A stretch of DNA of 56,210 bases from positions 1-56,210 of the IMG/VR virus record IMGVR_UViG_3300033144_003713; one strand, written 5' to 3'. Position 1 is the first letter of the stretch; the number at the start of each line of letters is the position of its first letter. Source of the DNA: a virus. Taxonomy: Duplodnaviria > Caudoviricetes. Both the position numbers and the translations under genes were made by a program. Of the stretch, positions 1-9,087 are shown in pieces. The notes under the pieces are model-generated. The model searched no databases. It had not been told where the DNA came from and worked only from the letters and a program-made list of their open reading frames with translations.

Positions 1-1176
1 CCACTGACCATCTGTGGTCAGCTCATCGTCATCAGTCTCCTCCTTCTCGATCGTAGCCATGTAGTACTTAATATCAGTGCTCGGAGGTACTTCCTCGAAC
101 ACTGATAGCGATAGCTTCTCTACGATCCTAGTAGTAGGGATATCGTGGATCTTTGAGACCAGTTCAGCCTGGAAGCTTCTACCGATAGAGTAGAGAGCCA
201 GGTGTCGGAGCCCAAAGGAGGTCAGATAACCTGTGTCAACCTGCTTATCATGGTTGGATCTATAGAGTGTTACCTTGATGAACTCAACTCTAGTTAGAGG
301 GAAGTCTAGGTTGACAGCTCTAGTGCTCTTTTCGAGGTCAACCGCACCTGGTGTGCTAGGGAAGTTCAGGTAATTAATGCCATCGACCGAGTATAGGACC
401 TCTACTCTCTGTACGAATTCGCTGACTCCAATCAGCTGAACTCTGCTAATGCTCATCTCTGCACCCTTAATAGAGTGCACAGGGAATACAAATGCTACAG
501 AAGTAGGGCCCGCGTCCTCTGCTACTACATCATGTCTCCACATGCTGATGGTATCGAGGAACATGTTCTTGAACGGTGCGTCTGCTGGGGTCTCGGCCTT
601 GATAACCGCAGAGTTGGCATTCACCTGGTATGGCCAGGCATTTACAGCGTGTAGGTGCTGCAGGTTGATCTTACGTGTGTTGGGTGAAGCATCTGGTAGC
701 TCCACAGTCTGGGACTGTAGGTCCACAGCGTCACGTGTGGTGAGCTCGAGATCGATCTTGCTCATGTCATGGAAGTCATCAAAGAATGCATCAAAGTGTC
801 CGTCACCATCCTGGATGACGAAGAGGAGGTTGTGGATCACGCCCTCTACTCTATCTAGCTGTGCATTCTGTGCTCTGGTGGATGTCTCAACTAGGTTGAG
901 CCTACGAAGCAGCTTGTCAGAGCTCTCTAGAAGAGCTTTGTACATAACGTTGAAGTCAAACTCCACCTCTTCATAGGTGTCGTTCATACCCTTTAGGTTC
1001 CACTGTGCACGACGGCGCTGCAGTCTCACCTTCATGGTGGGACTGATCACATTGTCAGGTAGCCTCTTCTTAGTCTCTTCTACGATGCGAGCCAGGGAGG
1101 GAACCTTGCCACTCTTGAGGATAGCAAGAGAGGCTTCTTTAAGTGCTTCGGTGAACTGAATATCTGATAGGGCCAC
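1..1176 (-). CDS. Baseplate/tail-associated structural protein, paralogue of 4581..7187; 3'-truncated by the window edge
   Basis: Not in the ORF track. Manual translation from GTG at 1176, which overlaps the upstream TAG (TAGTG), stays open to base 1: MALSDIQFTEALKE...FFDDFHDMSKIDL...LDFPLTRVEFIKVTLY...FGLRHLALY. Motif order matches the 868-aa and the 561+259-aa proteins. Confidence 0.75.
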   Translation of the reverse strand, partial: MALSDIQFTEALKEASLAILKSGKVPSLARIVEETKKRLPDNVISPTMKVRLQRRRAQWNLKGMNDTYEEVEFDFNVMYKALLESSDKLLRRLNLVETSTRAQNAQLDRVEGVIHNLLFVIQDGDGHFDAFFDDFHDMSKIDLELTTRDAVDLQSQTVELPDASPNTRKINLQHLHAVNAWPYQVNANSAVIKAETPADAPFKNMFLDTISMWRHDVVAEDAGPTSVAFVFPVHSIKGAEMSISRVQLIGVSEFVQRVEVLYSVDGINYLNFPSTPGAVDLEKSTRAVNLDFPLTRVEFIKVTLYRSNHDKQVDTGYLTSFGLRHLALYSIGRSFQAELVSKIHDIPTTRIVEKLSLSVFEEVPPSTDIKYYMATIEKEETDDDELTTDGQW

Positions 1177-1955
1177 TAGATAACATCCTGGGCGTCAGCG
1201 CCTGATAGACCACCACGTGGATACATGAGTAGCTGAACACTCTTGATCACAGGAGACACACCGTCCTGACCGTCTACGACGTCAGGATCAGCGAACAACG
1301 TGTACTTAAGCCTTAGTCTCTTGACTGGCTCAGCTGATACTAGGTTCAGTTCCTCAGGGTCTGTCGAAGCAACTTCACTGTTGATAGTGATAACTCTGGG
1401 TACAACAGTACCATCATCGTTGAAACGAGTGGGCTTGTCTAGAGGGTTAATCCTATGCCATGTCTTGCCATCGTCAGCAGACACGTGATACCAGATCCAA
1501 CCACGTCTTGGGTCGAAGCCATTAGGCACCAGCTCCTGTGTCTTCAGGGTGACCTTCCAGATGGGCTTAGGTGACTGGATGGGTACTGATACTCTGCTCG
1601 AGACAGGGGCGAACTGGAAGCTATTGAGGCCTACCTCACGTACACCTACACGGTACACGACCTTAGACCAGTCGACTTCTTCGTACTCGTCTGTTAGTAC
1701 CCAGCCTGTGTCCTGGTTTCTACGCGACTGAGGGTCTGGGTTATACGGGAACTTGGTCCCCATAACGTTAGCGAGATCTGCTCGCTGGCTGGCGTTCTTC
1801 CCTTTGATGTCTCCTAGACTAGAGTAGTCAGCTCCGACATCGAAGAAGTCCTCTGCAGGACGGGTACCCTCTGTCACTTGTAGTGACTGCAAGTAGGTAA
1901 GCTTGATGCGTCTGCTTAGAGTGTTCTCTACCTTACGGCGTCTACGTCTGGCCAT
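1176..1955 (-). CDS. Structural protein equivalent to the C-terminal part of the 868-aa paralogue family
   Basis: 259-aa ORF with an AGGAGG RBS and a TAATG overlap. YRVGVREVGL..F.P...VS.PI and SPVIKSVQL align by eye with YTIGISVIQL..YQP..YES and TPKINRAKM of 4581..7187. Confidence 0.7.
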   Translation of the reverse strand: MARRRRRKVENTLSRRIKLTYLQSLQVTEGTRPAEDFFDVGADYSSLGDIKGKNASQRADLANVMGTKFPYNPDPQSRRNQDTGWVLTDEYEEVDWSKVVYRVGVREVGLNSFQFAPVSSRVSVPIQSPKPIWKVTLKTQELVPNGFDPRRGWIWYHVSADDGKTWHRINPLDKPTRFNDDGTVVPRVITINSEVASTDPEELNLVSAEPVKRLRLKYTLFADPDVVDGQDGVSPVIKSVQLLMYPRGGLSGADAQDVI

Positions 1956-3640
1956 TAGGCTCTCCTCCTACGTGCCTTCTTGGTCTGAGTTCTCTCAGCC
2001 TCAAAGACAAGCTTCTCGTACGGGTTAGGCACCGGTGTCCTCTGCTTGATGCGCACACGCACCTGTTGCACAGTGCGCTGAGCGAAGGGCCAGATACCTG
2101 AGCCTCTGTATGAGTTGCGGGAAGGAGCCAATAGATATGTAGCGACATCCTTAGAGAGCTCTTCGTTAGCCTCAGGAGTCAGGATGTTAGAGTAAAGGTT
2201 AGAAGAGAACGACTCAACAGAGACGAACTCACTCTCTAGATCAGGGGAAGTCGACACATCTGTGACCTCCATGTATGCACCATCATCGAAGGTCATGGGT
2301 AGCAGGGTGATCCAGTTCATGGACTGAGGGTCCTCGAGAGTGAATACGATGTCAACCTCGAAGTCTTCCTTGTCCACTGCACCACCACGAGCTAGGTCTC
2401 TTAGCTCTGCAGCTGAGACCTCCGCACTCTCTTCGTCGCCAATCTGCGCAACAACATAGTCCTGGATGACGTTCGTTTCACGTACCAGCTCACACTGCCA
2501 GTAAGAGGCTGGGTTACCGTCAAGCATGTTAAGCCTGACATCCATTAGCTCCTCTTCACTGCCACCTAGGTCCATGACGAGGAAGTTGTCAGCGGTGAGA
2601 GGTACCTCGGGAGAGTCTACTCCTGCCCTCTCTGCTTCCTCTGGGTTTTTAGCAAAGTACAAGGCCTGCCTTCTGGCTGCCTTGTCCTTGCGGTGATAGA
2701 GCTTCCTCTTCTTTGCAACGAAGCTTCTATACCTCTTCCTACCCTTCTTGCCATCACCAAACTTGTCCTCGTAGAGGCCTTCTTGTAGCTGCTCTAGGAA
2801 CTTGGCTTCAAAGCCACCTTCTACAACGAAGCTCTTCTTGAGCTTTCTTCTCTTCTTCTTAGCTCTCTTGCTTTTGCCCTTGACTAGCTCTGGTACCTCG
2901 AAGGCAGCTTGATCTAGACCTTCAAGCGTCTCCTGGTTTAGCTTCTCCTTGAGATGGAATACACCGCCCTCAGGCTCTGCCTCGCCGAGGTATGAGTAGA
3001 AGTGTCCCTCGTAGAAGCGGCCGATGTTGGTTAGGTTGGGCTCTCTGCTGATGTCTCCAATAGGAGTAACAGTGATCTCAATATCCTGCTCAGACAGGTT
3101 GTTGACACCTTGTCTGTTCAGTGTGAGTGAGCCCTGACCAGGCATGGTCATGGCGGGTAGGTGCTCTAGTGGGAAGGCTGGATCCAACTTGGAATCGTCT
3201 ACGAAGGTATCCGAGAAAACGATAACTTCTTCGCCGTGCTGATCGCTCAGCAGTCGGAGGTCCGTCACTAGGCCTGCTACCTCATCGGAGCGGCGCTTGA
3301 GCTCTGCGATATGCATAGAGCCATAGTTGTGGATAGAGATAGCGGCCTCACGTAGGAGTGAGACCTCGTCGTATCCAACCGATACATCATTAAGGATGCT
3401 GGTGAAGATCTCGTTGAGATCCTCTGCGATCACGGGGTCATCTGGTAGAAGTTCGGTGTGCTCAAACTGAGGCTTACCGAGCCTGTTGAAAAACCTATCC
3501 AGAGCCCCGAGAGTCTTCTCCGCAATAGACAGCCCATCGTTATTGTCACGCTCACTAATAAGCTCACGGACCCTGGCGTAGAAGTCACGCAGGGCCTGCT
3601 CTGTGATGATGCTGTTGTTGGGGAGTCTGAAACGTCTCAT
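1955..3640 (-). CDS. Structural protein equivalent to the N-terminal part of the 868-aa paralogue family, with a Lys/Arg-rich insert
   Basis: 561-aa ORF: helical N-terminus, FSDTFVDDSKLD, LDGNPASYW (discoidin/CBM-like), WPFAQRTVQQVRVRIKQ. Confidence 0.7.
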   Translation of the reverse strand: MRRFRLPNNSIITEQALRDFYARVRELISERDNNDGLSIAEKTLGALDRFFNRLGKPQFEHTELLPDDPVIAEDLNEIFTSILNDVSVGYDEVSLLREAAISIHNYGSMHIAELKRRSDEVAGLVTDLRLLSDQHGEEVIVFSDTFVDDSKLDPAFPLEHLPAMTMPGQGSLTLNRQGVNNLSEQDIEITVTPIGDISREPNLTNIGRFYEGHFYSYLGEAEPEGGVFHLKEKLNQETLEGLDQAAFEVPELVKGKSKRAKKKRRKLKKSFVVEGGFEAKFLEQLQEGLYEDKFGDGKKGRKRYRSFVAKKRKLYHRKDKAARRQALYFAKNPEEAERAGVDSPEVPLTADNFLVMDLGGSEEELMDVRLNMLDGNPASYWQCELVRETNVIQDYVVAQIGDEESAEVSAAELRDLARGGAVDKEDFEVDIVFTLEDPQSMNWITLLPMTFDDGAYMEVTDVSTSPDLESEFVSVESFSSNLYSNILTPEANEELSKDVATYLLAPSRNSYRGSGIWPFAQRTVQQVRVRIKQRTPVPNPYEKLVFEAERTQTKKARRRRA

Positions 3641-3649
3641 GTGGGTATT

Positions 3650-3838
3650 CTACTCTGCTGTTCTCTCGGCTTCTAGTTCAATGGCTCTCCAGATGACGCC
3701 CCAAGTGGCCCAGTACTCATAGCTCTGGCCACTCAGGTCAAGGAACTTGGTCTCTCTATGGTTGGGGTAGGTGATGTGCACTGCTAGCTTGTCGCCGAGC
3801 GGTTCCATTGTAATGCTAAGTACCTTGCTGTTCTTCAT
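3650..3838 (-). CDS. Small hypothetical protein (62 aa)
   Basis: Fills the gap in the minus-strand gene string; GGAG RBS about 7 nt upstream of the ATG. Confidence 0.6.
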   Translation of the reverse strand: MKNSKVLSITMEPLGDKLAVHITYPNHRETKFLDLSGQSYEYWATWGVIWRAIELEAERTAE

Positions 3839-3847
3839 CAGTTTCTC

Positions 3848-4108
3848 CTACTCGAGTGGACCACGACCACCGAACGAATCAACTAGCATGCCTCTGTCAT
3901 CCCAGAAGGCTGTGTTGCCTGGTTGTCCCAGGCGACCCTCGGGATACTCACCTTTCTTGATGGGTACAGAGGGCTTATCAGAGTGTACGGAGAATGTATC
4001 TCCACGATTTCTCCAGACTATTAGAGCCACACCATTAGGGAGTACGATCTCTAGTGTCTGGTCCTTCTTAAGGATGATCTTGCGCTTACGCTTGAATGCT
4101 ACCGCCAT
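3848..4108 (-). CDS. Small hypothetical protein (86 aa) with a basic N-terminus
   Basis: Tiled ORF overlapping its upstream neighbour by 10 nt; AGGTGG upstream. Confidence 0.55.
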   Translation of the reverse strand: MAVAFKRKRKIILKKDQTLEIVLPNGVALIVWRNRGDTFSVHSDKPSVPIKKGEYPEGRLGQPGNTAFWDDRGMLVDSFGGRGPLE

Positions 4109-4293
4109 GATCCACCTGCCTTCTCGAAGTTGCCCTTAGTAGACTCAACCTGGATCTGGTTCCAGAAGAACCTGAGGAAGTTGTCCTTGTCATCCTTGGT
4201 GTAGGTGAGGGAGCAGGTCCCATCGTCCCATTGGATAGAGCAGACGATCTTGTCGTCTTGCTTCTGGATATCTAGATGCTTAACTTTCCTCAT
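4099..4293 (-). CDS. Small hypothetical protein (64 aa)
   Basis: Tiled ORF in the small-gene cluster; AGGA upstream of the ATG. Confidence 0.55.
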   Translation of the reverse strand: MRKVKHLDIQKQDDKIVCSIQWDDGTCSLTYTKDDKDNFLRFFWNQIQVESTKGNFEKAGGSWR

Positions 4294-4579
4294 GACTAAT
4301 TCCTAGCGGTACTGTCTGAGTGAAGGTAGCTAGACTGTTATTGCCATCTGCATGCATCTTGGTTCTGACCATATGCATGTGGAACGAACGGAGGTCCATA
4401 GTGATACAGATCGTCCTTGGTCCGCGAATAAAATCAGATGGCCGCCAGAGTTCGCCGTACTCATTTAGTTTAGGAAACCTTCCTTGGGCCTCGTGGTCTC
4501 GCTCAAGGCAATCGACAAGGCTACAGAGCTTTTCCTTTAGCTCAGCATACGTCATGTGTTTATCTGTCGGTACAGGCAT
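4280..4579 (-). CDS. Small hypothetical protein (99 aa)
   Basis: Starts 1 nt after the stop of 4581..7187; GGAG upstream. Confidence 0.55.
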   Translation of the reverse strand: MPVPTDKHMTYAELKEKLCSLVDCLERDHEAQGRFPKLNEYGELWRPSDFIRGPRTICITMDLRSFHMHMVRTKMHADGNNSLATFTQTVPLGISHEES

Positions 4580-4580
4580 G

Positions 4581-7187
4581 TTACAGCTCCGTGGTCTTGA
4601 CTCTCATCTTGGCACGGTTGATCTTCGGAGTGAAGATCGTGGTAACGGGTACGTGACACCTGAGAGTGGCTACCAGCTTCAAGTACTGGGTAAGCCAGTT
4701 ATACGTCACTTCGATAGTGCCGTCAACCGGTCCGTTGAAGTATAGGACCTTGCCAGCTTGGATGAACTCATACTGTCGCTCATTGCCAGGGGTGGCAGGA
4801 GCGAAGGAGGGATGCTGGCGGGAGTAATAGTCTGTGACGTTGGTGGCGCGGACACCGTTAACCAGGACCTTGATAGGCTCGTAGGTATCGATGTTCAGCC
4901 CATAGACAACGTTGTCATAGGTCACAGTGCGGCCGATGATGAAGCGGCTCGAGGAGACAGCGTCTCCTTCGTACGACGCAGAAAGAAAAGCTAGTAGGTC
5001 AGTGATGCTAGCTCCTGGGGCCATGTCAACATCGAGGATCTCGTTGGTTTCTTGGATCCAGATCTTGATGTTCGAGCCAACAGGGAAGGCTCCGTCACTG
5101 ACGAGAGATGTGAAGCCAGGGTCTGATACGGAGTCCTTAGTTAGGACAATGCCTGTAGAGCCAGGCGTTAGAGCTACAGAGCCCACGCTGAGAGGTAGGA
5201 AGTCAGGGTTCCACTCCCAGATAGAGTCAGCCTTCTTGGTCCAGTACAGAGTGTCTCTGACGATCTCGTACGCGATGTACGGATAGCTGCTTAGTACTAC
5301 CTTGTTGTCTGCGTCTGTCGCTTCAAAGCTCTCAGGTGTGAGAAGCTTAGTGGAGTCAACGTATGAGTCAACGTCTACCTTAGTGGAACCCACTCCGACC
5401 GAGTAGGTCACAGTGTAGATGGCGTTTCGATCTGCGTTGGTAACGTGGATGTCTCTACCGTTGACTGTCACGTCAAGCATGGAGATGCGTGTGCCATTGC
5501 GACGCACTGTCACAGCGTTAGCCACAGGTGTAAAGCGTAGACGGCCGAGGTTCCTGGTTAGCCTCACCCACTCATCACGGACGATATAGTTCTCGCCCTC
5601 TAGAGAGGAGATAGGAAGGATCGGGAACCTGGTGTCAGGGGACGTCTCAATCTCATACTCGATGGATGTCTGACGATACGCGACGGTGTCGTCATCCTCG
5701 AGGAAGACAGGGTGGATCTCATCAGAGTCTAGTTGTACTTGTACAACCGTACCGTTCGTAACGAACTCAGGGCTCTCGTAGTAGGCGAGAGGCTGGTAGG
5801 TGATGGTTGCTAGCTGGATGACACTGATGCCGATTGTATAGTCATACGAGACGATCTGACGAGTAGGATCTACCTCAGTGGTAGTCTCACCACGAGTAGG
5901 CTCACGCACCTGGTTGCCGGTACCTGGTGCGATCTCATCAACCACTCTACCTAGAGCGTCTGCGTAGCGAGTATAGTCCTCGTACTCAGAGTGCCTCTCT
6001 CCGATAAGGTCAGTGTTCTGCTTCAGCTCACTGTCAAATCTCTCGAGGGCAACGAGGTGTCTTAGCTGCTCAGGCTCTGCGATGATTCTTCCTGCCTCAC
6101 GTGTGGTGAGTGATAGCTCGTGCACATCGTGTACAAGCTCATCTGTCTGTAGCTGAGAAAGAAGGTTGTTCTTTCTGATCAGCGACTCAGGAATAAGGCT
6201 GATGTTACGGATGTAGTTAGGCTGCGAGATGGTGACTCGCAGCTGGTCCACAGCAATGTAGGTGAAGTCAAACTCCGTCCAGTCCTCCACAGCCTCAGTG
6301 ATAACGAAGCCAGGGAGGGTCTTCCACTCATTGGTGGTGGCCGACTCACGATAAGCGATATCGATGATGTCGTATGGGAACTCAGAGAACGGTAGGAGCT
6401 TGAGGTTGTTAACTCGCTCGACATGAGAGAAATCCAGAGTTACCTCAGCTACTACACCATATATTTCGTGCTTACCCCAGCTCGTAGCATGTACTTGCTG
6501 TACGGGAGCTTTAGTGGACATCACTTCAACCCAGAAGTTTCCCTTGTTAGGATTGATGATGTTCTTTGGTGCGAACTGCTCTCCAAAGCCGGTAAGCTTT
6601 CCCGGCCCGAATACTTTAGTGGTAACCCTGGTTCTTCTTCCGTTCAACCTGCTGGCTGATGCGACCTGCCTGCTTTTGGCGGGGAGCTCTAGCATGCGGA
6701 TGTCTCCATCCACTACTGCAGCTGGTCTACGTCGAGTATCGTTAATGGACCTGATAAAGTCAACAGTTTTCATGTCCTGGTACTCAGGATTGTCCTTGAG
6801 GAATTGGTATACCTCAAGCTGACTGATGGCCTTAAGGATGGCCGCCTTAGTTTGAGTAAGGTCGGCCTGCACGACTGCTTCCATCTGACGAGATGCTGCC
6901 TCAAGGCCAACTAGTGCATCGTAGATAGCAGAGAGGTCAATGTGTAGATGTTCCTGAAACGTGTTCCACTGGTTAGAGTCTAGCCTTGCGAACTCCTGTA
7001 CATCAGGATGCGCAGTGACTGGACCAGCAATGGTCTTGACACGAGTCAGGAACTGCTTGAGAAGCGCTCTCGCTTCTACATCATCTTGGATCTCACCAGA
7101 CAGACGACGAGCCAAGACAGCTGCCTCAGCGGCATCTGATCTTAGCTGTGCAAAGTTTAGCTTACTGTTCTGAATGAGATCTGGCAT
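4581..7187 (-). CDS. Baseplate/tail-associated structural protein (868 aa)
   Basis: Long ORF with a helical N-terminus followed by beta-rich acidic domains; lies in the baseplate cluster and has paralogues at 1..3640. Confidence 0.65.
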   Translation of the reverse strand: MPDLIQNSKLNFAQLRSDAAEAAVLARRLSGEIQDDVEARALLKQFLTRVKTIAGPVTAHPDVQEFARLDSNQWNTFQEHLHIDLSAIYDALVGLEAASRQMEAVVQADLTQTKAAILKAISQLEVYQFLKDNPEYQDMKTVDFIRSINDTRRRPAAVVDGDIRMLELPAKSRQVASASRLNGRRTRVTTKVFGPGKLTGFGEQFAPKNIINPNKGNFWVEVMSTKAPVQQVHATSWGKHEIYGVVAEVTLDFSHVERVNNLKLLPFSEFPYDIIDIAYRESATTNEWKTLPGFVITEAVEDWTEFDFTYIAVDQLRVTISQPNYIRNISLIPESLIRKNNLLSQLQTDELVHDVHELSLTTREAGRIIAEPEQLRHLVALERFDSELKQNTDLIGERHSEYEDYTRYADALGRVVDEIAPGTGNQVREPTRGETTTEVDPTRQIVSYDYTIGISVIQLATITYQPLAYYESPEFVTNGTVVQVQLDSDEIHPVFLEDDDTVAYRQTSIEYEIETSPDTRFPILPISSLEGENYIVRDEWVRLTRNLGRLRFTPVANAVTVRRNGTRISMLDVTVNGRDIHVTNADRNAIYTVTYSVGVGSTKVDVDSYVDSTKLLTPESFEATDADNKVVLSSYPYIAYEIVRDTLYWTKKADSIWEWNPDFLPLSVGSVALTPGSTGIVLTKDSVSDPGFTSLVSDGAFPVGSNIKIWIQETNEILDVDMAPGASITDLLAFLSASYEGDAVSSSRFIIGRTVTYDNVVYGLNIDTYEPIKVLVNGVRATNVTDYYSRQHPSFAPATPGNERQYEFIQAGKVLYFNGPVDGTIEVTYNWLTQYLKLVATLRCHVPVTTIFTPKINRAKMRVKTTEL

Positions 7188-7190
7188 TGA

Positions 7191-7565
7191 TTACCCTACG
7201 ATGGTTACGTCTGAACCGTTGTTCTTGACAGTGAGCACGTAACGCCCATCCTTCTCTACAACGCTGACATGAGTGTAGCCCGCAGGAAGAGGGAAGCTTC
7301 CATCAAAGAGGCGCTCGCGACCGAGGCTAGCGCTCTTCCTGACATAGTCCTTCCAGTCAGTCTGGAGAGTCATGTCAACAACCTTGTCCTTAGTCTTGTA
7401 AGGAGTCGCAAGCTTGTTGCGCTTGATAGGCTGCTTGAAAGGAGTGGTGGTAGCCTCTGGGTCTGCCTTCTCCTTCTTGAAAGGCTTGGTGTTGTCGAGT
7501 GGCTTCTTACCGAAGATGTCTTCGATCTTGCCTACGTCGTCCTTAGTAATCTTCTGCTTATCCAT
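7191..7565 (-). CDS. Hypothetical Lys-rich protein (124 aa)
   Basis: TAATG-coupled ORF with a GGAG RBS. Confidence 0.65.
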   Translation of the reverse strand: MDKQKITKDDVGKIEDIFGKKPLDNTKPFKKEKADPEATTTPFKQPIKRNKLATPYKTKDKVVDMTLQTDWKDYVRKSASLGRERLFDGSFPLPAGYTHVSVVEKDGRYVLTVKNNGSDVTIVG

Positions 7566-7765
7566 TACAAGATCTCCCGATCGTCAGTGTCTTTGGCCTC
7601 AGGCTCATCTAGGAACTCGAGCGGTGTATCGCACACGAACTTCTCCGTGGTGTACACGCCAATGTTATCTAGTAGCCTCTTACATTCCACAGCATTCAAA
7701 TGAATGCCACCCTTCTTAGCTCCATGCTCGAGAAGGTTCATGATGTGTTCTACGTTGGTCTTCAT
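7565..7765 (-). CDS. Small hypothetical protein (66 aa)
   Basis: TAATG overlaps at both ends. Confidence 0.65.
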   Translation of the reverse strand: MKTNVEHIMNLLEHGAKKGGIHLNAVECKRLLDNIGVYTTEKFVCDTPLEFLDEPEAKDTDDREIL

Positions 7766-9087
7766 TAGTCGAACTCTACAAAAGTGTATGTACCGTATTC
7801 AACGAAGCGCTTAATGGTACCGTCAATCTCAGCCTTAGACAAGGTGTCTTTCAGCTCAGATGGTAGTGTTACGAAGAGCGCCATGTTGCCTGGGTATGGG
7901 TGACCATCATAGAAGCCACGGTCTGCCGTGGACATGATGTCCCTGTTTCTCTTGCGTGCACGAGTGAACTCATCCCACTTCACACCTCCACCACGTGTAC
8001 GGGTGTCGGTGATGTCAACCTCAGTGTAGTCATGTACTTGACGTACCTGGGTTGCACCTAGGATCATGATGGGCTCATCGTTGCGGGGAATCTGATTAAT
8101 GGCACCGCCGAGAGTAGAGGACTCTGCGTGCCTTACGCAATCCTGTCTGAGCACACCATCCGCGTTGGCGTAGGGAACGAGATAGAACACAACGTATCTA
8201 TCAACGACACCGGGGGTGTGGAACTCAGTTGGGTTCAGGTTTGCCTTGTCGTATACATAGCCGTCTTCGCGGTAGGTATAGTTGACAAGAATAGTCTCGT
8301 CGCCGGAGTACTCTCTGTTGAGGTAGATGATTCCGTTGTGTACGTCTACGTCTCTGACTACGGACGAGGGCTGGATGGTTTCGTTAACCACAAGCTGAAG
8401 ATTTCCACGGTCCCAGTGGATCGGGGCCCTAGGCACACCCAGCGCTTGGGGACCTAGTCGCTCGCCGACCACATCTTCGATATCGATAAACCCGAAACCA
8501 TACTTGGTTGACCAGGTCTGCTTCTCATATTCTGGTACTGTGAATTTCCAGCTGTCGCCATTCGAAACTCGAGTGACCCAGCCTCTGTTAATAACAATGT
8601 ACCACGGATCATAGCGGCTATCATTGTAAGGCGGAAGAATTCTGATCTGTGTTTCTTCAAGTGCTTTGACTACGTGGCCTTTGCCACGAATAATAGTTGC
8701 ACCGTCGACTGTTAGATCAACGTTCGGAGCAGCCATAACAATAGGCTCGTACGTTGATACATTCTCTGCGTCAAAGAGTGTGTTAGCTGAGTACGGCATG
8801 CTTAGTTTGTTGATGGCACCAGCGATCTGTGCACAAGTTCTATTAAGCATGGCGATGTTAACAGTCACTCCATCGTGCGTGAGCTCGATGTTCGTGCCGT
8901 TGATTGCTACGTCTGTGGTGTCACCTGTGTAATAGATAGCCAAGAGAGGCACACCAGTACGCATTGAAGTGCCCTCAGTGATCTCTGGGTAGCCGATCGC
9001 TGTGAATAGGCTGAGCGGGTCACCCCACTCGCTATCGTCGCCCTCACCGGTTCTGGTGAGCTCTGAGAGGTCTGTGTACTTGCGCAT
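7765..9087 (-). CDS. Baseplate-associated structural protein (440 aa)
   Basis: TAATG-coupled. C-terminal DTRTRGGG...YDGHPYPGN motif of the type seen in large myovirus baseplate proteins; context agrees. Confidence 0.6.
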   Translation of the reverse strand: MRKYTDLSELTRTGEGDDSEWGDPLSLFTAIGYPEITEGTSMRTGVPLLAIYYTGDTTDVAINGTNIELTHDGVTVNIAMLNRTCAQIAGAINKLSMPYSANTLFDAENVSTYEPIVMAAPNVDLTVDGATIIRGKGHVVKALEETQIRILPPYNDSRYDPWYIVINRGWVTRVSNGDSWKFTVPEYEKQTWSTKYGFGFIDIEDVVGERLGPQALGVPRAPIHWDRGNLQLVVNETIQPSSVVRDVDVHNGIIYLNREYSGDETILVNYTYREDGYVYDKANLNPTEFHTPGVVDRYVVFYLVPYANADGVLRQDCVRHAESSTLGGAINQIPRNDEPIMILGATQVRQVHDYTEVDITDTRTRGGGVKWDEFTRARKRNRDIMSTADRGFYDGHPYPGNMALFVTLPSELKDTLSKAEIDGTIKRFVEYGTYTFVEFD

